64,000 nt of DNA from an uncultured Gammaproteobacteria bacterium (lineage in GTDB: Bacteria; Pseudomonadota; Gammaproteobacteria; JACCXJ01). The stretch is taken from the NCBI GenBank assembly GCA_963764725.1, contig CAVXTM010000015.1:313209-377208 (forward strand). Reading direction: 5' to 3'. The stretch's first letter is position 1; each line of letters begins with the position of its first letter. This document shows positions 1-11,376 of this stretch, one piece after another. The position numbers and the translations under genes are program-made. The notes below the pieces were generated by a model that was not told the origin of the DNA, made no database searches, and saw nothing but the letters and a program-made list of their open reading frames with translations.

Positions 1-2
1 AA

Positions 3-1037
3 TCTTGGTCGTCGCAGTAGCTTGGTTGCTGACCAGCACCACGCCGAGTCCCACCGCGTGGTCCGTTGATCCGGGCGCCTCAACGAGACACTGCCACACT
101 CGGAGCTTCTGCAGACTTGGAGGCACCGCATGACGGAAGCGTCGCCAAGTTCGACGAAAGGATGAGGGACGGTCCCTGTCACCGCTTCAAGATAACGGGT
201 CTGAAGGGCCGTCAAAACAGGCGATGCTTCCGGCAGCGGCAAGCCGTCGATTGATTTAGCCGGTATGACCACCGCGAGAGTTCCGCACAGAGCGATCTCG
301 TCCGCCACCAGCAATTCCGTGCGATCGATCGGACGCCGTATGAACTCGATGTTCATAGAATGAGCCAACGCCTCAACGACATCCAGCGTGATACCCTCCA
401 ACGCCCCTTCTGTCGCGGAAGGCGTGCACACCGTACCCTCCCGAACCATCAGCACGCAGGACCCGGTTGCCTCCGCTACCCGGCCCCACTGATTGAGCAG
501 CACCATGTCCGGGCACCCCCGCGCGCGACCCTCGATCCTTGCCAAGCGGCCGGTCTGGTAGTTGGTTGCGGTCTTGATCCTGGCAGGAAGCGACAAGTCG
601 CCACTCCGCTGCCAAGTACTGACTCCCAAGTTAATAGGCGGGGACACGGGTGTGTCGTGGTGGTAGGCGGTCACGGCGAGATCCGCGGCAGTTCCCTCGC
701 CCCAATGTCCCTCAGTCACGTAAAGTGTTGTCCGAGCCCACATATTCCGGCCCGGTTCGACTAAGGCACCGATCAGTTCGTCGAGCGCGCCCTCGTACTC
801 CTCGTACGTCGTGAGGAAAGGAATGTGCAGCAAACGAGCAGATCGTCGCAGACGTTCATAATGACGACGCAGCATCACCATTGCGAACCGCCCATCGGGC
901 TGCCAAAAGCCCGTGATCCCTTCGAATACGCTGAGACCCCTGGTGAAAGCCTCACAACCGATATGGAGCAGGGCTTCGTTCCACAGACGAAGTTTGCCTC
1001 CCATGTATACGAACTTTGGTTCTTGCAGTGTTGCCAC
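3..1037 (-). CDS. PLP-dependent aminotransferase class IV (branched-chain aminotransferase-like); no stop codon inside the window
   Basis: Manual translation from GTG at 1037 (AGGAGG RBS upstream): KFVYMGGKLRLWNEALLH..GLSVFEG..HYERLRRSA..RIKTATNY..VAEATGS..LEGIT..DEIALCGT. Missing from the ORF track because the frame runs off the window. Confidence 0.85.
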   Translation of the reverse strand, partial: MATLQEPKFVYMGGKLRLWNEALLHIGCEAFTRGLSVFEGITGFWQPDGRFAMVMLRRHYERLRRSARLLHIPFLTTYEEYEGALDELIGALVEPGRNMWARTTLYVTEGHWGEGTAADLAVTAYHHDTPVSPPINLGVSTWQRSGDLSLPARIKTATNYQTGRLARIEGRARGCPDMVLLNQWGRVAEATGSCVLMVREGTVCTPSATEGALEGITLDVVEALAHSMNIEFIRRPIDRTELLVADEIALCGTLAVVIPAKSIDGLPLPEASPVLTALQTRYLEAVTGTVPHPFVELGDASVMRCLQVCRSSECGSVSLRRPDQRTTRWDSAWCWSATKLLRRPR

Positions 1038-1114
1038 GTCGGCCTCCTGTATCGTCTCCTGACGAGCTAAGCCTCGAGATGCGTGCCTCGGCGGGTTCGC
1101 TATCTGCTCAATCC

Positions 1115-1655
1115 CTATGCTGGTACAACAGGACCTTCTCGGCTCTCTGTTCCGTCAGTATAGACAGCCACAATCTCGTCGGCAATGCGGGAGGAATCGG
1201 TCCCGCGCAGATGATCCCTCATGGTAGCGCCCGTACAAGCCTCATCCCCTGGGGGCGCTCCCCGCTTCGCGAGACGTCTTCGAGGTGAACGACCCTAAAG
1301 TCGATGCTGAATCTGGTCTTTCCCGAGGTGTTGACTGGAGTGCATTTGTGCGCCTGAGAACGTAATAAGTCCGCCTACCGGACAGATCAGCCGGATCTGC
1401 GGATCCAACTCGATCGGCTCTGTGGCGCGCGGGAGGGGCCGCGGGTCCTCTTTGTATAGCCTGCCACGCTGGCGCCGCGATAGAGCTTGTTCCATTCATA
1501 GTAATTGTATCCGCTCGAGCTGTTTCGCACCGGCCGGTTCCAGTAGCGCGGGTGAAACGCCATCGCATTATCGGATTCAAAATCGTAAACTGGCATCCAC
1601 CAGTTTATCTGCCAGGGGGGTAGAGTACCACGTGTCGCGGTGAGGGTGCCACGCG
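1115..1655 (-). pseudogene. 5'-truncated, frameshifted 2OG-Fe(II)/PhyH-like oxygenase-type protein
   Basis: HPHRDTWYS..INWWMPVY..FSGAQMHS..RFSIDFR read across frames (HxD...H...R pattern). It abuts the truncated nucleotidyltransferase. Confidence 0.55.
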
Positions 1656-1659
1656 TACG

Positions 1660-1914
1660 CTAGGCGGGGATGTCCCATTTGCCTTTGCCTAACACAATGT
1701 AGACCTTGATGACACCTGCCAACCGCATCTTCTCGAGCAGATAATGGCAAACCACTTTCGGGCGCACGCTCTCACTGTCGTCCAAGGCCCGGAAGCCCAC
1801 CGGATATAACTCTTTGCTGCAAGGTAATGGGGCTAGCCGCGTTGCTTTCCCGCCTGCCGGGAGCAACCCAATGACTTCCCGATAAAGCTCTCGGTCCCGG
1901 TTCGAGTTAGCCAT
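1660..1914 (-). pseudogene. N-terminal fragment of a sugar-1-phosphate nucleotidyltransferase (RmlA-like)
   Basis: VIGLLPAGGKATRLAPLPCSKELYPVG motif; only 84 aa. Confidence 0.8.
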
Positions 1915-1959
1915 GGCTTTCTGGAGCGTTATAACCTCATCTATTTGTTGAACACTACA

Positions 1960-3268
1960 CTAGTTATATTGTCTATAGACGGTCTTAACAGGCGGGCCGA
2001 TCATGAATTTGCTCACACCTTCATCCAGCGCCCTGCGGTAGATCCCAAGGGCTTCGTGGATGGCTTCGACAGTCCTGTCGATATCCGCATCCGTGTGCGC
2101 ATAGCTCACCACGAGAGACGGCGCGAGGATGCCGCGCTTTATTGTTTCCTGCAGAAACAAGGTCCTGAAGACCTGAGAGGCTTGCTTAGTCTCATCCCGA
2201 GTCGCGTACACGAGGCAGCACGGTCTTCCCATGACTTGGAAGTACGATTCCAAGCGATGCTCCGTAATCGACTTCCTGATGCCTTGATCGAGGCGTTGTC
2301 CTTGCCGCCAAAGGGTATCGATAACTGGTTCGCGCTTATAAGTGCGCATTGTTTCCATGGCGGCCGCCAGGCCGTGACTCTCTGCTCCGTGTGTCGTGGA
2401 AAGTAGGAACACCCGTTCCCGCTCGTGATCAAGCCCCCCAAGCCGCATGATCTCTTTCTTACCAGCCAAAGCCGACACTGAGAAACCATTTCCCAGAGCT
2501 TTCCCGAAGGTCGAACAGATCGGGAACTACGTTGTGGAAGCGTTGGGCACCCCCGTTATGCCAGCGGAAGCCCGTGATCATCTCGTCCAGGATAAAAACC
2601 GTGCCATTTTCACGGCAGAGTTTTTGGGCTTCGTGGAGGAAATCATTCTTAGGTGGCGTCTCTTTTTCGGGCTCGAGGATTACGCAGGCTATTCGCGCCG
2701 GCTCCTCGGCAAACAAACGCCGCAGGCTTTCGATATCGTTATAGCGGAACTTGCGGGTCAATGCCTGTATCGTACTCGGAATTCCGGCCGCCATCGCAGT
2801 AGTCCCGATAAACCAGTCACTAACCGAGAAGAATGGGTGGTCGCTACAAACTGCCACCAGATCCCTGCCCGTATAGGCGCGGGACAGCCGGATTGCCGCA
2901 TCGTTTACGTCAGACCCGTTCTTGGCGAATTTCACCATCTCGGCGCCTTCGATGAGGCTGAGAAGCTCTTCTGCGCACTCAAGCTCGATGGGCGCGGGAC
3001 GCACGAAGTTCGTTCCTCGCAGCATGGCCCTGTGGGCGGCTTCCACCACTGGCGCGTAAGCGTGCCCCAGCGTCACCGCCCGCAGGCCCATGCCGTACTC
3101 GATGAATTCATTGCCGTCCACATCCCATACGTGGCATCCCAGGCCTCTATCGATGTAACGCGGACAAGAACCCGGATACTGGTCGTCCCCTTTCGCATAG
3201 GTATGCGCGCCACCGGGGATTAACGCATGGAACCGCTGTGCCATTGTTCGGGATTTATCAAAGCTCAT
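1960..3268 (-). CDS. Class III aminotransferase, glutamate-1-semialdehyde 2,1-aminomutase family (polysaccharide-cluster type); one frameshift near 2470-2520
   Basis: GCHVWDVDGNEFIEYGMG, KFAKNGSD, FILDEMITGFR in ORF 2459..3322; LLSTTHG in ORF 1960..2478. Confidence 0.85.
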
Positions 3269-3403
3269 TTGCCTATCACCGCTCTGTCTTCGAGGATTTC
3301 CGGGTCTCAAATGTTGCACCAAGGAAACGATTCAGCTTACTCCCGAGAGGAAGCGGAGAGGCTGGCCTTGGAAGGCGAGGGAGAGCGGCCCAGGGTGGCA
3401 AGC

Positions 3404-4345
3404 TCAGGTCCTTTCAGCTTGGCTCCCAAACTTCTGCATGGACAGCTCCGCTATCCGCTTGGCTGCGACCAGCAGGTCTTTGACAAAGCTTTTGAAATAG
3501 CGCAGAAACCATAAGCCGATCTGAGGGCAGCAACGCAGCTTGTCATAAAGACTCAAATCCGAGTTCTGCAAGGCCTTTGCAAGCTCGAATAGGAGCTTCC
3601 ATCGAGGGAGTAGTATCCGGCCCTTATTGACAGGGTCTTCGAACACAGCCTTCTCCCAGGGATCCAGGTTACCCGATCCCTCCGGATGACGCCGTCTGTA
3701 CAGGAGGCGCTCGGAAAGCTCGTGGAATTCCCCCATCAGAGCCAGCTCAGACAGTAGCACGACGTCTGCGGCGAAATAGCTGCCGTCCAACCGGGTCTTC
3801 TTGATGACTTCGGTTCTCATGACGCCAAACATCGGATTAATCCACCAGTTCCCCCCCCGATACCGCCGGAGGAAAGCTCGATAGCGCTCGACCGGATCGG
3901 TTGCGCGCAGGTCGAGTCCGTCCTCTGGATCGCTCACGAAGTCTCCATGCTCGTCTATCACTCTACTTTGCGGATAACAGAGCACCGCGGCAGGCTGCTG
4001 CTCTAGGACCTGGACGCAGCGAAGGAGAAACTCCGGGGCACACAGATCATCGTGATGCGCCCATTTGAAGTATTGGCCGGTCGCCAGCTCAACGGTGCGG
4101 TTGCTATTGCGCGCGGCGCCTATGTTTTCGTCGTTTCGAGAATAGCGTATGCGCGGGTCGCGAGCCGCGTATTCGCGGCAAATCTCCCCGGTGGCATCGG
4201 TCGAGGCGTTATCCGAGATGATTAGCTCAAAATCACGGAATGTCTGGGTCAGCACAGCGTCCAATGCAGCTTTTACGTAACGCTCGCCGTTATAGACGGG
4301 CATGCCGACAGAGACGCGCGGCGGGATATCATTCGTGCGGGTCAT
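3404..4345 (-). CDS. Glycosyltransferase family 2
   Basis: VSVGMPVYNGE..ELIISDNASTD..YFKWAHHDD. Confidence 0.92.
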   Translation of the reverse strand: MTRTNDIPPRVSVGMPVYNGERYVKAALDAVLTQTFRDFELIISDNASTDATGEICREYAARDPRIRYSRNDENIGAARNSNRTVELATGQYFKWAHHDDLCAPEFLLRCVQVLEQQPAAVLCYPQSRVIDEHGDFVSDPEDGLDLRATDPVERYRAFLRRYRGGNWWINPMFGVMRTEVIKKTRLDGSYFAADVVLLSELALMGEFHELSERLLYRRRHPEGSGNLDPWEKAVFEDPVNKGRILLPRWKLLFELAKALQNSDLSLYDKLRCCPQIGLWFLRYFKSFVKDLLVAAKRIAELSMQKFGSQAERT

Positions 4346-4515
4346 AGGTCTCGGAGTTCAACCAGCGGTCGTGGGTTATGGCACTTACATGTCCGGCATG
4401 GCTTCTGACGCCCCTTGCCTTCGGCACACAGGTCGAACAGGCCCAATGCCGTCGCTTGCATAATACGGGGTGGAGTGGGTAGTACGCAACGGACCGCGAC
4501 GCGTGCCAGGGCCTC

Positions 4516-5418
4516 TCACCGACACCAGTGGGTTAAATCCCGGCCAAGTAGTTCACTCAGGCGTTGCACCTCGGGGTGGAATTTACGCTGAAGTTCGACC
4601 CTCAACTCTGGATCCATCGCAGGACGTGTCACATATTTGGTGTTAAGTTGTCCCAGTCTTTGAAGAACTTCGCGACGCAAAGGTCGGGGCACCGTTGCCC
4701 TGACGAGCGATCGAGCCAAAGGGTGGCTCTTCAAGGTCCACAACAAGCTTCTGAAGGTCTTGCTGCGCACCTGTTTGTTTGGATTCACTACCTCAAACCT
4801 GGGTTGGAAGCGGTCGTCTATATTCAAAAAGCACAGCGTCTCTTGATAGACAGATGCCGCATCTTGCTTAAGGTCGTCATAAATGATGATGTGTACTTTC
4901 TCCCGCCCAAACCTGTCAAAATAGCGCTTGACCTGATCTGTATACTTGCCAACCTCCATATAAAAGAAGCCACTGATTATCAACTCATTCTCAGGAAGCC
5001 TGGCTCCTGGTTTTCTTATACTCTCATCCTCAAGGGCCGCCCTAAAATCCTCGATCTCTTCTCCTCCAGTGCGTAGCATATGACTATGCAGAGAGTAAAG
5101 CATATCTACTGGATTTCTGAGCATAATAATTATATCTGCGGCACCAGCGAAATCCCGAATCTCGTAAGCCGCGCGCTTTGAATACAAATAGAACACTGAT
5201 TTCTCGCCTACTCGCCTCCGGAACTTCGCCTCGGGAGTATCAAAGTGCGCCAGGTATTGCTCAATGGTGCACCTGGGATGTGTAAACAGCAGGTCATTAC
5301 CGAAGAAATCCATCTCCTTCTCTGGCAAACAAATATCCGGATGCTGACTCAAGTAATACCGCATGGCTGTTGTTCCACACTTTGGCGCTCCGACAATGAA
5401 AAAGTCTGGCTTTCTCAC
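4516..5418 (-). CDS. PAPS-dependent sulfotransferase
   Basis: KPDFFIVGAPKCGTT (5'-PSB loop) and LRNPVDMLYS (3'-PB); GTG start overlaps the upstream stop. Confidence 0.92.
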   Translation of the reverse strand: MRKPDFFIVGAPKCGTTAMRYYLSQHPDICLPEKEMDFFGNDLLFTHPRCTIEQYLAHFDTPEAKFRRRVGEKSVFYLYSKRAAYEIRDFAGAADIIIMLRNPVDMLYSLHSHMLRTGGEEIEDFRAALEDESIRKPGARLPENELIISGFFYMEVGKYTDQVKRYFDRFGREKVHIIIYDDLKQDAASVYQETLCFLNIDDRFQPRFEVVNPNKQVRSKTFRSLLWTLKSHPLARSLVRATVPRPLRREVLQRLGQLNTKYVTRPAMDPELRVELQRKFHPEVQRLSELLGRDLTHWCR

Positions 5419-6742
5419 GGGGTACTCCTCAAACCGAAGCTCCCCGCAGCCGTGGTGTAAATGCCAAGCCGCTGGTAAACCCATACCGCAAGCAGGATAT
5501 TCCACGTTGCCACGCTGATCGCGGTTGCAATGGCCGCCCCTTCAATCCCCCATACCGGGATCAGTAGGGCGTTCAGTGCTACATTCATCACAGCGGCTAT
5601 GCCCACACCTGTAGCGGTGTCGCGCTCATGACCGGTCATGACCAGGAGCAACCCTACAGAGCCCATCCCAGCGTTAATGATTTGCGCTGCACTGAGAATA
5701 GCGAGTGCCGTTGCTCCAGAGACAAAGTCGGCGCCAAACACCGTCAGCAGGATCCACCGGCTGAAAATGATCATGCTCAGGGCCACAGGCAGAGAACCTA
5801 ACAGAACAACACGGGCGCTAATGGTGACAATGCGCTGTAAGCGCTGTAGCTCACCGGCAGTGTAGAGGCTGGAAACGACTGGCCCTAGCGCCATATTGGC
5901 GGCGGCCAAGACAAACGAGACGAGATCAGCCCCCGCGTAGCCACTTGATAGACGCCGGCAGCTTCGGCGCCTTGCATGGCTCCCACCATAAGGATGGCCG
6001 TCTCATGGTTAATCGCCGCCAGGCTGCCCAGCGCCAGCAGAGGAAGGGCGCTTTTTATCCACGCGCGGGTTTCATAGGTTGGCGCCGTCTCCTTAACCGC
6101 CTGCGGCAACCGCTTGACTAACCACACCGCGCCCACCAAAAAGGCAGCGGCACTAGCGGCCACCTGCATTCCCATAGCCCAGACAGCGGTAAACTGGCCG
6201 GCGCCCGACAGCAAATAACCGCCCCCAGCTAACAGGATGAATAGGCCAGGTTTGATCAGCGCTTCAGGCAGTTGTCCCAGCAGCACATAGCCGAGTCCGC
6301 GCAGGGTTGCCGTGCGCAGGGCATTCAGGGCCATTAAGGGCAACAGAACCAGGGCCAGCCAGAAAGTCGCAAGCCCTTCGGGCGGGAGGCGGTCGGCCAG
6401 CACCCAGCCGATGACCGCCGCCAGCAGTACCAGTCCCCATGAGATGAGCAGGACCGCTTGATTTGCCTTTAGTAACAGGCCACGCATCAAGGACCAAACC
6501 GAGCGGCTCTGGTAGGCCGCGATGTAACGAATGATCAAGCTCGGCAGGCCCAGCTTGGCCGGTACGCTTAACAAGTTGACCAGTGCCATGGCGTAGGCAT
6601 AGGTACCGTAGTCCGCCGCCCCCAACAGGCGCGCTAAAACGATACTGAGGATGAAACCCAATGCGGTCGCGACAAGTCTCAGGGCAAAACTTCCTCCGGC
6701 TCCGCGAATCAGATAGTCCCGGAGGCTGTGTCTTGCACCCAT
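5415..6742 (-). CDS. Oligosaccharide flippase (Wzx/MOP family); frameshift near 5900-5930
   Basis: LARLLGAADYGTYAY, many hydrophobic segments, LIPVWGIEGAAIAT C-terminus; split over two ORFs. Confidence 0.88.
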
Positions 6743-6800
6743 ACTAGCCGCTAGAAGCGGACCCCGATTTTTGGACAAAGATCGTACCGCCCTGATTCGA

Positions 6801-8094
6801 CTATGCAGCAGACAAGTACAGCACCGCATCGCCGCTGAACGGCGCCGTGAACGACTTGCTGCTTCCTCCCGTCACGGAACCGGCCGTCACGGTCGAGCCC
6901 GTACCCGGATTGAACCACTCGACCTTGAGTGATCCCGTGCTCGACGATAAGTTCATCGTCACGGACCCGCCGCTCGGCAGATACACGAGGTACTCGGCTC
7001 CCGTTGCGCTCGGGTTGGCCAAGCAGTAGCCGGTCGAGGCGAGGCCGTTCTTCGGCGTCATCTTGGCGAGGTTCATCTTCCGGGCGTAGGTGAGCGTGTG
7101 CCCCATTGCCTTGCGGGCACCCTCGTGCGTCGGATCGACATCCAGCGGGTCCATGTAAATGGGATTGAGCCCGCGCGCGAAGCTCTTCCAAACCCACTTC
7201 CGATCGCCTCCGACGCCCCAGAGGTGGTCCGTGTCGGTGAGGAGGATCTTGGAGCCGTTGGCCGCAGGCGGATTCGATCTATAGTCGCTTCCGACCTCGT
7301 GCCTCGGCGAGATCCAGTCCGCCTTGCTGCTGAACAGCGCCGCGTTCGTGCCGGTGCTCCACTGAAACGTCATCCCGACCGGATGCTGTTTGGGCTTTCC
7401 GGCCTGATGAGCTTTGACGACATCGATCATGTGATACTGAAAGCTCGTCGAGTACGAGCCACGTCTCGTTTGCGATCTCGTAGAGGACGTTGGGTAGGTC
7501 GTTCACGGTGTCGACGACCTTCTTGACGTAGGCTCTCTGAATCGCGGTGACCTTCGGCAGGCTCAGTGTGTGCGTCTCGGTACCCTTACCGTCGTTGTTG
7601 GGATCGCCGTTGATGCCGTTGATGTTGTTGGCGGCGTGAAACGGGTGACCCTTCCAGCGCCAAGCGGAATCCGAGAACTGCATGCCATGGCCCTCGAACA
7701 GCATGATGGAAACGTAAATTCCCTTGTCTCTGGCCTGAATGACGCGCGACCTCAGTCGATCGAAGTACGATTGGTTGAGCTTACTGAGATCGAATTTGCG
7801 CTTGCCGTCGAGCGCAGTACCGGAGCCGGTGCGCGGCCATGGAAACTGGATCGTGTTTCTGATCGGCCCGCCGCGGTAGCTGTAGCGGGCAAGCTCCCAG
7901 GTCCACATGCGCATGAAGTTGTGATTTTTCGACACCAGGAAGCTCAGGTACCCGCTGTAGTTGAAGAGTGGGCCCGGAACGCGGTCTTTCAGGTTATACC
8001 AGATGTGCGATCCGGTCAGATAGATCGCTTTCCCGCTGCCGTCGGTGAAGTACCGCTTGTTGGTCGCGTGGACCTTGAGCGGCCCCGTCGCCAC
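6801..8094 (-). pseudogene. DUF6298/GH-like domain plus C-terminal putative collagen-binding domain; frameshifted; probably the 3' part of the large Ig/PKD gene
   Basis: GPLKVHATNKRYFTDGSGKAIYLTGSHIW, NVLYEIANE, DTDHLWG, VEWFNPGTG..APFSGDAVLYL. Confidence 0.75.
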
Positions 8095-9563
8095 GTTGGA
8101 GGCGGAAAGGGCGGCGTTCGCATGGTAGGTAAAGGTTCTATCCCGTTGAAATCCGGATTGGGCTAGGTAAAGAGCTGTCCGTGTTCAACATCGGCGTGTC
8201 GTTGGCGAGGATCGCGGGCGCCGGCTTGGTTAAGGTGGTGTTCTTTACTAACGTGTACGAATCATCGGCGGCGTTCGGTGCGACGTTGGCCGTGATTAGC
8301 ACCTGGTCCATGTCGGTGAGATCGCCGTCGGTGATATCGAGCCGCAGGAGATACGCCTCGCCACATCAGGCGTGAAGCTCGGCGTGGCGGTCGTCGCGCC
8401 CGATAGATTGGCGTTGGTGATCGCGCTCGTCGGAGGCACGCTCACGAAGGTCCATAGGAAACTCAATGGGCTTGGGCCGTTGTCCGGATCGTTACTGGCC
8501 GTACCGTCGAGCGTCGTCTGATTGCCGAGTTGCACCACGATATCCGATCCGGCGTCGGCATTGGGCGCCACATTGGGCGGCGAGACGGTGATTACGACCT
8601 CGTCCTGATTGATGTCGGCGCCGTCGTTGGCCTCGAGGCCGCACGCGAAACGCTCCGGGTAGATCCGGGGCGAAGGAGGCGAGCGCGGTGGCCGCCCCGG
8701 TGATGTTGGTATCCGTAGGCGCACCGCCTGGGCGGAACGGCCACGAAGAACCAGCGGAAGGCGAACGGCAAGCGCCGGCGTCGGGGTTGGCGCTGACCTG
8801 GCCGTTGAGGTCAACGATCGGGCCGATGACAGCGGACGGTCTGCACCCCGCGTCGGCGTTCGGCGGCACGTTGGGGGTTGCGGCCGTGACCGTCACCGTA
8901 TCACGTTGGTCATCTGCCCGTCGGAAACCTCGATCGCTAACTGCGTAGGGGCCATCGCACATCGGTGGTGAAGCTAGGGGCAGCCGCGGCCGGATTCGCG
9001 AGCGACGCGTTGGTGACCGTGCTCGCGGGCGGCACCGAAAGGAACTGCCACGAGAAGGTCAGTGGATCGCCGTTTGGATCGGAGGAGCTGGAACCTATCG
9101 AAGGTGACGAGAGCACCTGTCGCCACGTTGAAGTCCAGGCCGGCATCGGCCATCGGCAGCCCGTTTCCGGACTCCACCGTATTCGCACCCGGGCCGCAGT
9201 GGACGTCCGCCGTCGTTGTCCTGGACACTGTAGCGGAAGCGATCGCGACCGAGGAAACCCAGAGCCGGGCTGTACGTCACGGTGCCGTCCCGGTGGTTTG
9301 TTACGCGCTTACCATGCTTGGGTTTCGTGACGATTCTGACCGTGCTTGGGACGAAAGATGCGGCCATCGCGATCCCTATCGTTGGCGATGACGTTGATGC
9401 GCACGCGCGTATCGAGCGCCGTGGTCGCGGCGTCGTTCTTCGCGATCGGAGCGTTAGCAACCGCATAGGTAGCCGCTGGTACAGAGAGAAATAACATGAT
9501 TCCCAACATCACCGTTGAACCTAAGGTCCTGGCGAAGTTGAGGCGTGCTGTAATACTAAGCAT
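8095..9563 (-). pseudogene. Secreted surface protein with signal peptide, Ig-like (Big_9/cadherin-like) and PKD repeats; multiple frameshifts
   Basis: Hydrophobic N-terminus; APIAKNDAATT..INVIAND; repeated ADAG..LDG..S.DP.G..LTFSW..SVP..S units; APNAADDSY and PNPDFNG..FTYHANAALSASNVAT lead directly into the downstream domain. Confidence 0.75.
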
Positions 9564-9633
9564 TAAGTACCCCCTTGATTACGTATATGTGCTTAGCGAA
9601 ACGCCCAGCACACAGGAGGTACTGTTTGATCGC

Positions 9634-9722
9634 CTGGCAACCCTGCGGCCATGCCCCCCATTCATTAGGGGTTTAGGCCAGTAGCTTTGCGTCCCATCCT
9701 TTCAGATGGTTTGCCTTTTTCA
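9634..9722 (-). ncRNA. Cyclic di-GMP-I (GEMM) riboswitch
   Basis: Minus strand AAGGCAAACCATCT-GAAA-GGATGGGACGCAAAGCTACTGGCCTAAA...ATGGCCGCAGGGTTGCC matches the GEMM consensus (GNRA tetraloop, GACGCAAAGC, CTAA/ATG receptor). It lies 5' of the surface-protein gene. Confidence 0.9.
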
Positions 9723-9905
9723 GTGCTCTCGATTTCTTTGAGGGTGTTGATCCAGCTCGCGAGAACATCGCTCGAACGCCCGAATCTATCGACCCTCGCT
9801 TCTCAGGCTTTAATAGCGGCTCCTGGGACGTTGTCCAATGACCACCATGCTGACACAGAGCAGCTGAACGTCATTCTGAAACGACTCTACCCAGCCCGAC
9901 TTCCA

Positions 9906-10252
9906 CGCGCCGTGCAAAAGCATGGTCTTTCAGTGGGTGTGATTCCAACCAGGTAACTATAGCTATAGTCAGTAGTAATAAAATCAGTCGTGAAGGTAAC
10001 CAAGCGGCTGAAACCTGCGGTGTAGAGGGTCACTATGGGTGATCTGGCAGGTATGCAAGCCGTAACGTGAGTGAACGCCGAATAAGTCTCGAAAAGGGTG
10101 ATTCGGAAGCCGACGCAGCCGCCAATTCTGGGAAGACTGCTATTTCTGTGGAAGAGATAGAGGTAGGCATCCATGGATTCCGCCGGGGTATTGGCGACAG
10201 CATCCATACAAGGGGAAGTGCAACACGGGAAGCCCATCGTGTGGTTCGGGCG
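9906..10252 (+). mobile_element. Degenerate group II intron 5' fragment (domain I only, no RT ORF)
   Basis: CGCGCCGTGCAAAAGCATGGTCTTTCAGTGGGTG..GAAGGTAAC..GCTGAA..GTGAGTGAACGC..CCGGGGTATTGGCGACAGCAT..GCAACACGGGAAGCCC resembles bacterial group II intron 5' ends. No domain V/VI or RT follows. Confidence 0.75.
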
Positions 10253-10379
10253 TGAGAAGCAAATCGACCGCCCGTGGCCCGTGCAACCCCAGTCCGTAGC
10301 CCCAACCGCGGCCCGCGAGCACCCCACGATACCGGTCAGGAATCAGTTGCAAAATGGCATTGGATTTTTTATCCTGCCT

Positions 10380-10897
10380 AATGTGAGGGGTTAAGCGGCC
10401 GTTGCCGAGGCGACTCAGGGAGTACCACTATTTCGAATGGGTGACGGGCCGCACCTGAAATATGTGGGCATAGGCTTCCATTACGCGTAGCTCTCGCCCT
10501 ACTACGCGCTTTTTCCGGTCGAGGCCGCCCAGGTCCATTTGCACGAGGACTTCGTGGTGGACGCACCCGGGCTTGATTCGCCGTGTGTTCGAGTTTCTGG
10601 GCGTGTACGATAAATTCGAACCCGATATGCGCGGAAAACTCAACCAGGGCCACTCGGACAAGATCTTGGCCATGCATCAATTTTTTGCGAAAGACAGTCC
10701 GGTCAAGCTGCTCGTACGTTCGGTATTGGCGGGCGGATGGCTCCAGAATGAAAGGGAGGATGCAGGCCGCCAATCGGCTGCCGCGGCCGGAGCTCACGCC
10801 GGAGATGCACGAAAGGCTGGTTACCGTATACCGGAACGACATCTTGCGTTTCCAGAACATGATCGGCCGGGATCTGTCCGCGTGGCTGCGGCCGTAG
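10380..10897 (+). pseudogene. Sulfotransferase, C-terminal remnant
   Basis: RRVFEFLGV..L..VYRNDILRFQNMIGRDLSAWL; stops and frameshifts upstream. Confidence 0.7.
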
Positions 10898-10917
10898 CCC
10901 GCAAACGGTGGCCGATC

Positions 10918-11211
10918 GTGACGATGCCGACCTTTCTGATTATCAGCGCCCAGAAGGCCGGCACGACCTCGATGTACGAGTACCTGTGGCAGGACCCCGA
11001 CATTTTCATGAGTGCGGTGAAGGAGCCCTGGCACTTCGCCTCGCACGCGAGGAGGCGATGGACGGAACCAGGCGATGATTACATCCGCGCCGGCTACTTG
11101 GCCCTGGCCCGCGTGGAGGATTACGAAGCGCTGTTTGAGGGAGGAACGCACGCGCTGGCACGCGGGGAAGCCAGCACGATTTACCTGCTGACCGAAGGTT
11201 GCGCGGAGCGC
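10918..11211 (+). pseudogene. Sulfotransferase, N-terminal remnant
   Basis: MPTFLIISAQKAGTTSMYEYL..KEPWHF..GEASTIYL, then an abrupt switch to IS sequence. Confidence 0.8.
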
Positions 11212-11291
11212 ATGGTTCGCAACGGTCATCTGCCTGGCGGACGATACAGACCGGTGTGGGGGCTGTGGAAGTGAAGATGCCGCGGGTTCGA
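11212..11291 (+). mobile_element. IS256-family transposase micro-fragment
   Basis: VRNGHLP-RTIQTGVGAVEVKMPRVR matches the IS256 RNG..R...T..G.V....PR motif. Confidence 0.65.
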
Positions 11292-11376
11292 CTATTTCTC
11301 GAGGCCCAGGCTTTACTACCTTCTTTCAGACTCATCTTTGAATTAGAAAATACTCAGTCCACCTCGTTCTGGAATT

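Noticed and set aside
1960-3268. hemL (tetrapyrrole synthesis) assignment
   Set aside because: The polysaccharide-cluster context suggests a sugar-modifying paralog, so no symbol was given.
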